Source: Octopus vulgaris
Taxonomy: Eukaryota
Direction: 5' to 3'
DNA: 64,000 bases
Assembly: GCA_951406725.2 (NCBI GenBank)
Contig: OX597831.1
Location: 64,728,001-64,792,000 of the forward strand
Position 1 is the stretch's first letter. Every line of letters begins with the position of its first letter. The notes beneath the pieces are model-generated. The model was not told the origin of the DNA and searched no databases. It saw nothing but the letters and a program-made list of their open reading frames with translations. Shown piece by piece: positions 42,780-55,699 of this stretch. The translations under genes and the position numbers were made by a program.

Positions 42780-45080
42780 AGTCTCATTCAGACCTAGGGT
42801 GATGTGGTGGTGGAATGATGCTATAGACAAGGCCATTAGAGCAAAGAAACAGGCCTGGAATGACTGGAAGTGTGAGGGTCGGAGGAACTGTATTAAATAA
42901 CCATAAGGGAAGCTAGGAGACAGGTGAGAAGCAGAAAAGAAGCAGTTTTGCTATGTCGTAGGAGAGAAATGTGTCCACATGGATGATGGTGCACTTGCAT
43001 TTAATGATTCTGCAAAGAAAGAGGCTTGGAAATGCCATTATAAAAGACTGCTAAATGCAAGGAGTGTCTGCCATATGTTGACCCAACTGAGGGACCAGCT
43101 ATCCGAATCAACAGTAGCTTAGTAGATAAAACAATTAAGGGCATGAAAACAGGGAAAGCCCCTGGCCCAACAGGAATCACTGCTGAGATGATTAAGATAT
43201 CTGGCAGAGTAGGTTATAGCCTAGTCACCTGTATTGTTAATCAAGTTATCCACGAAAGAGTCATCCTCAATGATTGGCATAGCTGCATTATAGTCAACTG
43301 CTACAGAGGCAAAGGTGATGCCTTAGACAGGAATAATTATAGAGGCATCAAGTTGCTGGACCAGGTGAGGAAAGTCAAAGAAAGGGTCATAGTTCAATTA
43401 GGAAGAGAGTTAGTGTAGATGAGATGCAGTTCAGATTTGGACCAGGCAGGAGTATGACTGATGCTATATTCCTTGTTAGGTGACTGCAGGAAAATTATGT
43501 AGCTAAAAATAAACCCCTGTACTTGGCCTTCAGTGATATGGAGAAAGCCTTTGACAGAGTCCCCACTCCGTTATCTGGTGGTCAATGCGGAAGCTAGGGA
43601 TAGATGAGTGGTTGGTGAGAGCTGTACAAGCCATGTATAGGGACGCTGTCAGTAAGATAAAGGTTAACAGTGAGTATACTGATGAATTCAGGGTTCACCC
43701 AGGATCAGTCCTCAGCCCCCTTTTGTTCATCATAGTTCTCCAGGCAATAACAGAGAAATTTAAGACAGGCTGCCCCTGGGAGCTCCTCTATGCTGATGAC
43801 CTTGTTCTTATAGCTGAATTGCTATCAAAACTGGAGAAGAAATTTCAGGTATGGAAGCAAGGTCTGGAATCAAAGGGCCTTAGAGTTAACCTAGCAAAAA
43901 TCAAAGTCTTAGTAAGTAGGCAGGCAGACAAATTACAAATCCTTTCAGGTAGATGGCTCTGCTCAATCTGTAGAAAAGACACAGGTAGTAACTCCATAAG
44001 ATGTACCCAGTGTAAGCTAAGGACACATAAGAGGTGTAGCAATATCACAGGTAGGTTAACAGCGAAAATAGTTTTGTGTATAATTGCACAGGTATAAATG
44101 TACAGAATATAAACTTCATCAAATGCCAGGGATAATACCTAGAAGTAGTTGATAGCTACCATTACCTAGGTGACCAAGTCAGTAGCGGAGGTGGATGCTC
44201 CAAAAGTGTAGCTGCTAGAATAAGAATAGTCTGAGCAAAGTTCTACCTGTGTTGGTAACAAAGGACTGCTTTCTCCTTCAGAGTGAAAGGCAGATTGTAC
44301 AATGCCTGTGTGCAAACAGCCATGCAACACAGTTGTGACTGCCAAGGACATGCAAAGGCTTGAAAGAAATGAAGCTAGTATGCTTTGCTGAATGTGCAAT
44401 GTCAGTTTGCATGCACAACGGAGTGTAAGCATCTTGAGAGAAAAGTTGGGCATAAGAGGCATCAGATGTGGTGGTGCAAGAGAGATGACTGCTGTTATAG
44501 TTATGTGATGCATATGGATGAAGACATTTATGTGAAAAAGTGCCGTTCTTTAATGGTGGAGGGAACCTGTGGGAGTGGTAGACCCAGGAAGGCATGGGAA
44601 GAGGTGGTGAAGCATGATCTTCAAATGTTGGGTCTCACAGAAGTGATGACAAGTGACCGAGACCTTTGGCGATATGCTGTGCTTGTGAAAACTCCTCAAG
44701 ACAAGTGAAATCGAAATTATGGCCAATGCCAACGTTGCATAATTGGCACTTAAAAAGCACCCTTTGAACTTTGGGCCTCATGGAGGCAGTGACAAGTAAC
44801 TGAGACCTTGGGCAATGTACTTTGCTTGAGTAGACCCATCAAGCTGAGATTGTAGTTGTGGCTGATGCCAGTGTTCTGTGACTGGCACCTGTGCCAGTGG
44901 CACGTAGAAAGCACCCACTACACTCTCAGAGTGGTTGGCATTAGGAAGGATATTCAACTGTAGAAACCATGCCAAATGAGATTGGAACCTGGTGCACCTC
45001 CCCAGCTTACCAGTTTCCAGTCAAACTGTCCAACCCATGTCAACATGGAAGATGGACTTTAAATGATGATGATGATGATG
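42780..45080 (+). mobile_element. 5'-truncated RTE-clade LINE (degenerate ORF)
   Basis: KAPGPTGI, NYRGIKLL, EKAFDRV, LSPLLF, LYADDLVL motifs; (GAT)n tail. Confidence 0.92.
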
Positions 45081-46282
45081 AGCATTGTTTCTCTCACGTA
45101 AAATTATATCAGTTTATTCGTGGGTAAATATCATCACTCTGTTATTTCACTTTAGTTGTTGCTCTCTATCTGGGCCTTGAATGAGACAAAAGTTTTAAAA
45201 CTTTAATCCAGTAATAATTACTTACAGATAATTACTTACGAAAACATGACCCAATCAGTTGTTTAATTGCTGCTCCCCATGCATACGACTTTGACTTTTC
45301 CTTGTCAATATTTACTTTCACACATGTTAATCAGTTGCTTTTGTTTTTTTTTCTCAGATGGCTTGTGCTCGCTGTATGTATTGATTGGACACCCACAGAT
45401 GCTTTGTACTAATAGCATATTGTGTTTTTTTTGTTGTTTTTTTTTGCAAGGTTGCTCTGATATGATTACACTCCTTCTCTGGCCAAAAATTTAAACCCTG
45501 TATTTATGTGTCAAAAATGTTTTCTTATATTCTTGTTGACTTCCTTCAGAAATGTTCATATAATTGTGATTTCCCTCAGATAGCTTTGGTATGCATCAAT
45601 CAAGATTCCCATAAACTAGTTTACTATATATATGCAACATTTGTTGTGCCAGATCATTCCATCCTAGCGAGTCATCCCTTGTTCCATGTCATTGTTTGAA
45701 ATTGTGTAACCATGATTTTTGGTGGTCTTTCCTAGATCAATGACATTGACGCCGTTAATGTTCCTCTTGAATCTTCGTAAATATACACCTGTGGGAAAGA
45801 CATGAGCAGAAGGTTGACATTCTGGGAAAGAAGTTTTGAGTCTAGTGATTACGTTGGAGCCTGATGGGCGGGCGGGTGGCTGGGCTGTTGGACACTAAAA
45901 GTGATGAGGCGAGACAAGCAGAACGAGAATGCCTGAGGCGAGATGATGTGAATCCTTGCAGAGGAAGGAGACAAGCACGCCGGTGGGCAAGAAACTAAGA
46001 CGAGTGGGTTTATGTCAGTCATTCGGGTGTCCCTTTTCTGGATGTCTGTGTGTCCAGCTGCAGCACCGTTCCATATATAAGAGCAATACCTTTTGGGGAA
46101 CTCGCATAGGCTCTGTAGAGTATCAATGACTGGTGACGGCTGTAGTATCTTTTCTGTAGCATAACATTTATTCCAGCATGAACTTGTTAAGTCCAGGTTT
46201 TTCACGACCGAACATACCTAAGATAAAAAACTTTCCGGACATAACCACCTTATCTTTTTATGTATTTATGAATTCACTGCTT

Positions 46283-46693
46283 GGATCTTTTCGGTTTGAA
46301 CGGTAGTTTTTCTAGCAGTGTCATATGAAATTGTCACCCATAATTATGACCTTAGTATTGATCTATTGCATTTCAATTTGGGTTAGGGTTAGGGGTGGGG
46401 GGAAGGGTATCTTTTTTTCTTCACAAATGTAAATAAACCCAATCTGTTTCTTAAACGAGGGACATATTCATATGGCACAGAATGTTTTCACCTCAATAGA
46501 CGTCATTGATTGGTTCAAATTGCAGAAATTGAAGAAAAAAAACCAACAAATATCTTACAAATTATAGAATTTTCTCAATAAAGCCAAGAGAAAAAGATGT
46601 TTTATAAACACATTCTACTAGTATACGAAGTTTAAAAGTGTTTAGTTATGTGGAAATTATTTTAAAAAACTGCCGTTTAAACCGAAAAGATCC
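46283..46693. mobile_element. MITE family A copy
   Basis: Both TIRs; 8-bp TSD cactgctt. Confidence 0.88.
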
Positions 46694-48234
46694 CACTGCT
46701 TGAGTCATTTAAGTGTTTTTTGAAGACAAACAGGCAAGAGGATGATTGGTTTGCTATTTCCAGCAGTTCAAACGGCTGCATTAAGGCAAGCTATCGTTTT
46801 GTTTCGTTGAATGCTGCTGTTTTTGATATAAAACTAGTGAAGTTTTACTCGTTATAGGAATTTCAGAGGAGACTACTTTACGGACATCAAATGTTGAATT
46901 GTTATTGTTGCTTCAGTGAAATGATATGAGCGTTGTCTGAAATGAAACTTCAATTAGATTTATGATAACAGGACGGACAGAAAATAAAAATAAAATGAAC
47001 AGCTGAAGACTGCTTTGAAGCACCATTGAACACAATGTTTATTAATCCAAATAACCATCTTCTCGATGAATAGGAATCTCGATTGCACTCTCATTGTATA
47101 CAGTAAACATGACATATATTAGTTTATGCATTTTCTTTTTACAAAATGTACATTTATTTAGGCAAAAATAATGTGTTGAAAGAATTAGTTTGAATAAACA
47201 TCAAAAAATTTGGAAGAGACAAGGAAAATATTGTTAAAAAAAAAACTGTTTGATATATATTTAACTGTACAGATGTGTATTAATGTGTGTATGAAGTGAA
47301 TGTTCATAATGTTGGGATACATTATGAATGCTGAGTGTGTCCAGTGATGAAATTTTTTTTTATCACTTGGATTATATGTTGACTTTGGAAGACGCCGATT
47401 TGTTGTCGCCCTGTTCAATACAGGACTTGACTTTGGAATAATGAAGATAATGATAACAAACAACAAACAACAAACATACAATCATTCTCTCTTTTACACT
47501 GAACTTAACATTTCCACAAAGCTTTTCATAAAGTATTGTTCACGACATGAGATTTTATGAAGGTTTCGGCTTCCAAGCAAAGGCACTTGTTGAATTTGGA
47601 AGACAAGAATTTTATTTAAATCCCCATTAAAGAACAATTATTAAAAATAATTTATTATTATGTATATGAGTAGTTTTTTAAAATTCATACAATGATTAAA
47701 AGTTATTTTTCCACAGAATTTTCAAACGAACTATAACGAAAAATAACATTTGGCACTTTCTGATTTTAGATTATGTTTTAATGTCAGATTTGTAATCTAA
47801 TATAAAATAAATTTTCCTAATGTGAAATGAATTTGATATCAAATAGATTTTTAGAATCTCAAAATTCTGGTGAGAATTTTATTGTGAGATTTTGACAATG
47901 TATTTTGAGCTTTAAGTAAATTTAAGGCAACGTTAAGGTATAATTGTTGGTTGATAAACATAGATAAACGAATGTATGTGTAGGCTTGCATGCATGTATG
48001 TATGTATGTATGTACGTACGTACGTACGTACGTATGCGCATTATTTATGTAAGAGAGAGTGTACGTATACACGAAATTTTTCAAAATATAGATGCAAAAC
48101 TTCAAACTGATAATTCATTAACGTGGTAGCCATGCCTTCTTTGAGGCGATTCGTAATAGAAGCGAAACGGTTTCAATTTGGAATTGGGATTAGATCAGGT
48201 ACTCTGCCGAGAACTTACTATACACATACACGCA

Positions 48235-48272
<38 letters not shown>

Positions 48273-51200
48273 CTCTCTCTCTCACCCGCACACGCACACA
48301 CGCACACACACATCGTTGAAGTTTTTCTATATATACAAGTTTATCAAAAGGTGTTCAGATGTTTCTTTTACTAAAAAAATTCTACGTTAACAGAAAAAAA
48401 AAAAATAGACAAAAAATATATTTTACATAATATCTACACAAAAATAAATATTTTACACAAGTGACATGCAAAAACCACTGATGTTCAAAGTTTCGCAAGA
48501 ATAAAAACTGCTTTTCAATTCGTTGTTGATTTACCCCTTGATATTTACAACATAAACCCCTTATATTAACGAAATGTAAAATAAAAGCTTTGATAAGGCA
48601 CACAGTTCTGAAAGAGTAAACTTTCAAACTTAGTAGAAAAATGCTGGAATTTTCGGTCAAAAGAAAATGGAATATTCGTTAGCAACAAAGATTCTGTGGA
48701 AGAAAATTGACCAAATATACATTTTTAGAACTTAGGATATATATACTTTCCAAGTATTTAAACCCATACACTATACCATCTTCTAAGTGAACGAGCAGAA
48801 TTGAACCCCATATTATAAATTAACGAAACCCATTCTTTTCCACTCAAGGCACAAGGTCTTTAATTTTGGGGGAGGGGGCCAATCGATTAGATCGACCCAG
48901 TAAGCAGCTGGTACTTAATTTATCAACTCCGAAAGGATGAAAGGCAAAGTCGACCTCGGCGGAATTTGAACTCAGAACGTAGTGGATAAGGCTCTTAACA
49001 TTCATGGCAAGACAGACGAAATTAACACTTGAATCGCCTTATTTACAAATAGTTAAAAGGAAAATAATTTAGGAAGACTAGAATAATCTCTGATGTGAAA
49101 TTAGAATCTTTCATAATACACTCGGGAAAAGGAATCCGGGTTCAGTTCCACCGTATGGTACCTTGGGCAAGTGTCTTCTATTGTAGCTTCGGGCCGACCA
49201 AAGCTTTGTAAGTGGATTTGGTAGACAGAAACTGAAAGAAGCCCGTCATATAACTATGTGTGTGTGTGTGTGTCTCCCACCACCCCTTGACAATTAGTGT
49301 TAAAAAAATGAGAAGAAAAAAAACCCCAGCTTTAAAACCCATTAAAAACTCGGGTTAGACCCACATCAGAGACGGCGTTGCTGCTGCGAAACACACACTG
49401 ACATCTTAGGTAACCGTCAAACACATTCCAACCCTTGGATCAAAGACCTGCTGCCTCTACTCTATGTTTTTTTTTTCTACCGTCGTTACTATTTTGGCCA
49501 CTGCTTGTTGGAGCTGGCTGATTTCATATCACCCCCCCCCAGTCTAGGTATTCACCACCGTTACCAGGTCACGCACTAGCTACTACACCCAATCATTTCT
49601 TCCCAGACTGTCGGGCCCCATGAATCCCACCACAACCTCCACTGCGTACGTTTTCTTTGCATAAATGGAACGTTGGCGACATCAGCTTCACCGGTCGTAC
49701 AGGGTCAGGTTATGGGGTAATGGTTTCTTCCTCCAGCACACTTTCCCAAGTCATAAATGTCAGTTATTTAATCGAAGAAATGTTTACAACAAGAGCTCAA
49801 AGTCTGTCGGGACTTTGAGTTCCAAATTTGGAACGTTTATTAACAGAAGAAAAGTCAGAGCATGAATTTTAAATTCTAGTGTACAAAATATACACAAACT
49901 TCTCATCTGAGACCCCGTTACGTTGCCTTCCGTATAGCGAGTCAAGTCACTATGTATAGAGGCTCTATCGGTGGCTGGATGCTCTGCAAAATAACAACAA
50001 AATCAGTAAACTACTCGAATAAAAATTTCCTTATACTATCGCATTCAGTATATGCTGCTTTTCCCCCCAGATATTTTTATGGACGAGTATCTATCCTATT
50101 TCTTTACTATCCACAAGGGGCTAAACACAGAGAGGACAAACGGATTAAGTCGATTATAACGATCTATCCTTTCTGTTAATTTTTTATGGAAGTTATTAAA
50201 AAAGACCAGGACTTCTATGACAAAATTATAGCGAGCTTAATACATCTTCAGATGTATTTCTTACTCACTGATAACACAATTCACATCTGAGTCCCAACAA
50301 AGATATCTTAAAAATGTATTTGTACGTGGTACTTATTTCAGTAATTTTGGAGGGGTGAAAGACAAATTCATTCGGGCAGTAATTAAAAAAAGGCTTAAGA
50401 AGTAAAATAGAACGCACGATTTTATTTTCTGAGTTAAAAGGTAACAGTTACTGCTTCTAATCTGGTTATCTTGTATTTTTAGTCCTTTTAAATCGTGCTG
50501 TTGAGGGAAGTTTAACAACATGGAAACCTAATTTGAACAGTGGCCAATAAAGATTCCCCTATTTAAAAAAGTTTTTGGATTTAGGTACTGCTAAAAATTT
50601 CATTAGAGATTAGGTTTAAATACAGCGATTATCTCGGAAAAAATTATTTCAATTAATTTGGAAAAATGAACAGGAATCAGTCTATTGTTAATCAGTCTAT
50701 TGTTGAACAAGTAGCTGTTTTGTCAAGTAAGTAACATTGTACTGCGGGACATTGTGGGCATCCAGCCATCGACAGAGCCTCAATATAGTCACTTGACTCG
50801 CTATAAATAGCAGCCATCTCTCTCTAAATTTATACTGCACTGTATTTAAAACAGAACTGATGTTAAACAATCACAGTTTTAGTCGTCTAAACAAAAGAAG
50901 AGATGATCATAGGACTACTCTGTCAGACCTGACCTGTGGCTAAAGAACGACTCTTCGCTCGCTGAAACACTTCTGTGCAACTTCAAAAATGTTTTGTCGG
51001 CTATAAGAAATCTTTCTGGAATTTTTCATTTGATAGTCTTGACATCTTTGAGTTCTGTCTCGATGAAGCGAGAACCATGACCCATTTAAGAAGATATTTT
51101 AGTAGTAATTGAAGTCTTTTTCTTCATATAGTTTAAGATATTGGTTTCAAATTTTGGTACAAGGCCAACAATTTCTGAGGAGGGGTAAGTCGATTACATC

Positions 51201-52620
51201 GACCCCAGTGTTCAACTGGTACTTATTTTATTGGCCCTGAAAAGATGAAAGGCAAAGTCGACCTCGGCAGAATTTGAACTCAGAGCGTTAAGACGGACGG
51301 AATGCCGATAAACATTTTGCCTGGCGTGCTAACGATTCTACCAGCTCGCTATTTTTTTTTTCAGCAAGTTTTCTTTTCAAACCAGTGCTTTTATAAGAAA
51401 GACTTCTTACAAACTCCCGGTGTTCTTAAGGTGCAAATGGATTTTTGAACACATAAGTTATTTATTGTTTACTGTTATTACATGGTTTGTATTATCTCTT
51501 GAACACAAACCCTTTATTCTGTCTGAACCTAGGTTTTCTGAATGCTTATTCTTGAAGGACTTTTCTCTAACTGTTAATTACTGCAATGACTAATTTTATT
51601 TCGTTCAACTCAATTTTGTTGTTCTGAATAACCTTCATAATGTAATTAAAATAATCCTTCCCTTCTTGTAAGTTAACAAACGTATACTTACTATAGAAAG
51701 AGATATCATCTTAAGATAGAGGCCGTGTAATGTCTAACACAGCTAACGCATAACATAAATATTGACCTTGTAATGGCTTACTACTTCAGCAGCAAAATAT
51801 GGGAAAATAAGAATCTTAATAAAAAGTTTGGTCATAGATTTAAACAAAAATTGAAATGAAGACACGGCATTGTCGTAGGAAATAAAAACAGAAATAAAAC
51901 ATTATTTAAAATTTGAAAAAAATCACATGACCATCGTTATAAAGAAAAGAAAACGTGGATCTTTTCATTTATTCGTTGTATTATTATTGATTTCAAATTT
52001 TAGCTAAATCGATTACATCGACCTCAGTTATCAACTGGTACTTATTTGATCGACCCCGACAGGATAAAAGGCAAAGTCGACCTCGGCGGAATTTGAACTT
52101 AGAACGTAAAGACAGACGAAATGCCGCTAAACATTTTTTGCCCGTCGCGTTAACGATTCAGCCACTTCGCCGCCTATTCTTTCCTTTGTTTTTTTTTTTT
52201 CGTTGTATTAATATTGGTTTCAAATTTTGGCACAATACCTGTAATTTCGGTGGATAGAGTTAGTCAATTACATTGGTTTTAGTGTTCAACTGGTACTCAT
52301 TATATCGATCCCGAAAAAGAATGAAAGGCAAAATCGACTTCGAAACAGTTGATTGAAAACCAAGAGTGACTCGAATGCTGTGCCAGTTACCCCAACCCTT
52401 TTTTGTTAAGATCTATCAGTAATTAAGTAATTCTTCTTACATTAGGGCACCGACTATCTGAGCCAATATTGTAAGGCACATATTTAGATATTCCCAAGTA
52501 CGGTTGACATTCTTTACTGAGTGAGACAGTATTCCATCAACGTAAGGCACAGTATGTTTTACTTCTTGGACTCATTCTATATTTATTTAAATAGCTACCA
52601 TCGTATCTAAAAATATTAAG

Positions 52621-52948
52621 ACCCCCTCCCCCTTCGATCATGACTGACCATGGGATTGCACCTAGAAAGTTACCTTCCTAGGTACAAGTCCGGGCAAGGT
52701 TGTTTATGGAAGACCAGCAGTCGCCCATGCATACCGGCCTCCCCTCTCCACGCCACCAGTGTCCAAGGGAAAGGCAACGGCTGATAAAACTGGGCACCTG
52801 TGACGTCGCAACTCATTTCTACAGCTACAGCAACGTGAAATAAGGTGTCTTGCTCAGGAACACAACACGCAGCCCGGTCCGGGATTCGAACTCGCAACCT
52901 CACGATCGTAAGCTCGACGCTCTAACCACTGAGCCATGCGCCTTCACA
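52621..52948 (-). mobile_element. tRNA-derived SINE family 3
   Basis: Well-preserved tRNA-like head (tggctcagtggttagagcg...gagttcgaatcc) followed by a ttgtgttcctgagcaagacac central domain. Confidence 0.75.
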
Positions 52949-52950
52949 TC

Positions 52951-53450
<500 letters not shown>

Positions 53451-53892
53451 GTTGCTATGACACAATACATGAGCTCCGTATCTACATTTACACATTACAA
53501 TAATTGATTTACAAAATACGATTGACAATATATATATATATATATATATTCAGACAGCTAGTTGGCTGACACAACATACAAAGGCATCGCGTATATTTAC
53601 ACACCTCTCCAGCTGCTATGATACAAAGCAAGTTCCCAACTCCAGATACAATTATATTTACAGAATGCTGCTACATAATAGCAAAATATTGACAAACCAT
53701 GGTTAAAATACAATCATGACAAATGAGAAACTATCAAATTCCCATTCATTAATTAAGCTTAAATATTTGCAAAATACTTATTTCTGGACAATATTTTACA
53801 ATATTTTGATTAGGCTCTCAGGACACTCACCACCACCACCACCACCACCACCACCACACACACATATGCTTATATGTGCACATCCATGTACA

Positions 53893-53939
<47 letters not shown>

Positions 53940-53942
53940 GTA

Positions 53943-54790
53943 CAGAGTATTCGGGCTAAATTTGATGAGTTTTTATGTTTCCTTTAATCAGAATCAGCTT
54001 TTGATGTCTTGCTGAATTGTCAAAGGCGCTGGAGAGCATGAAGATTAAAGCAGTAAGGTGACATAGAGGACTGGAAGTCATCTGGATTTTGGAAGAGAAT
54101 TTACCTGTGTCATGATGATTGGCAGCGTGTATCAAAATGCCGACATCATAACCGTTGGTCAATGATCTGCGAACACCATAAAGGCTGTAAAACGTGACAT
54201 GGAATGCAGCGATGGAGACTGCGAAGCCGTGGTCAGCAGGAAGGGACACAGCAATAGTTCTGACAGCATCTGCACGCTGAGATGCAGCCAACAACTGCAG
54301 GACGAGTGTGAGAAAGGGAATCCGTGATTTGGCGAGAGAGATGGCTGTTGGAGTCGCTACTACTCGTACAAGAGGCGCAAGGGACAAATTCTGACAGCCA
54401 AAGCCAAGGATAAATGCTTGATGACTTCATCAACCACAATTTATGGCCTCCTAATCACATGTATTCCTATGTGTGAGACGCGGTTGAGAAAGACACCAAC
54501 CGCTCTACCTGCAGTACCAAGGACGAATTGATGACTAAGATCAAGGAGGTGTTCGAAGATCTTCCCAGGGATACAGTAAGGCACGAATGCGTCAGGTTTT
54601 GGTGCTATCTTGAGGCCATTGGTGGAAGCTGAGGGTAGCAGCTTTGAGTAAACTGTTATCTCCCAGCCATAATCTAGTTGATATTTTTAGAATTTAAAAA
54701 AAATACACTTATTTTTTGATGAGATACTGTGTTTTGTTGTTTGGGGAGATTTCTTTTGTACAAACTGTTAAATTTAACCCGAACACCCTG
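53943..54790. mobile_element. Tc1/mariner-superfamily deletion derivative
   Basis: TA|cagagtattcgggctaaattt ... aaatttaacccgaacaccctg|TA; internal WPPN-like remnant. Confidence 0.7.
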
Positions 54791-54800
54791 TACACACCCT

Positions 54801-54880
<80 letters not shown>

Positions 54881-55699
54881 ACATTTTTACAGCAATATCT
54901 TGATCGGAAGAAAAATAGACATCTTCCGCACTAATTAATATTTGTGAGCACTCGTGAAACTAAATACCATTAGTAAATATTTATAAAACAAAATGTGAAG
55001 ATTAAAAGGGAATCGAACTAGAATGAATAAACTTATTAAAATGCTAGTTTTCCTTCATCTAAAATGGGCAAACAATGATTCTATATAAACCTGAGTTTCA
55101 AACTGCAACGCAATTAACGTAAAGGTGTATATATTCAAATTGGAATCAATTTAAATACATCGGTTTGTATTTTCGGTGGTGGATTGAGACAACTGATACC
55201 TCCCTCTCACAATGTTCTTTATACTCTGACCAAAAAAGACAAAGCCTTTACTTATGAGATTCTTTTATCCAACAGAGAATATTCTAACGTGCACAATGGT
55301 GTTTAACAATGTGGCATTTGAATTAACATATCTGGAAGACACTTTCTGGAGTCGAAGACGATGATTTAAGCAAAATAGTAAATACAATGGAAAAGAGTGA
55401 TTAAACTCAAACAAATTATCTATAAGATTATGAAATTATATATTACAGAAATTTGGGTTGATCCTTCGTTGTAGGTATATAAAAATAAATGAAATAAAGG
55501 AAAGAAATGAAATTGAAAGATTTTTTTTTTCTCAGGCATAAATGGTAATCAGCAATAGTTGACAATAAAATGAAACTGAAAGATTTTTTTTCTGTATTTA
55601 TATATTGAAAAATGCCAGAACGTGGAAGACCGAAAGATCTTGTATTAATAATAATCGTGAAGATAATTAATAGCGAAGATCTCAGAGAAAGAAATTACA

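Noticed and set aside
52868-52945. Possible tRNA gene
   Set aside because: A and B boxes are present, but there is no proper acceptor stem and it continues into a SINE body.
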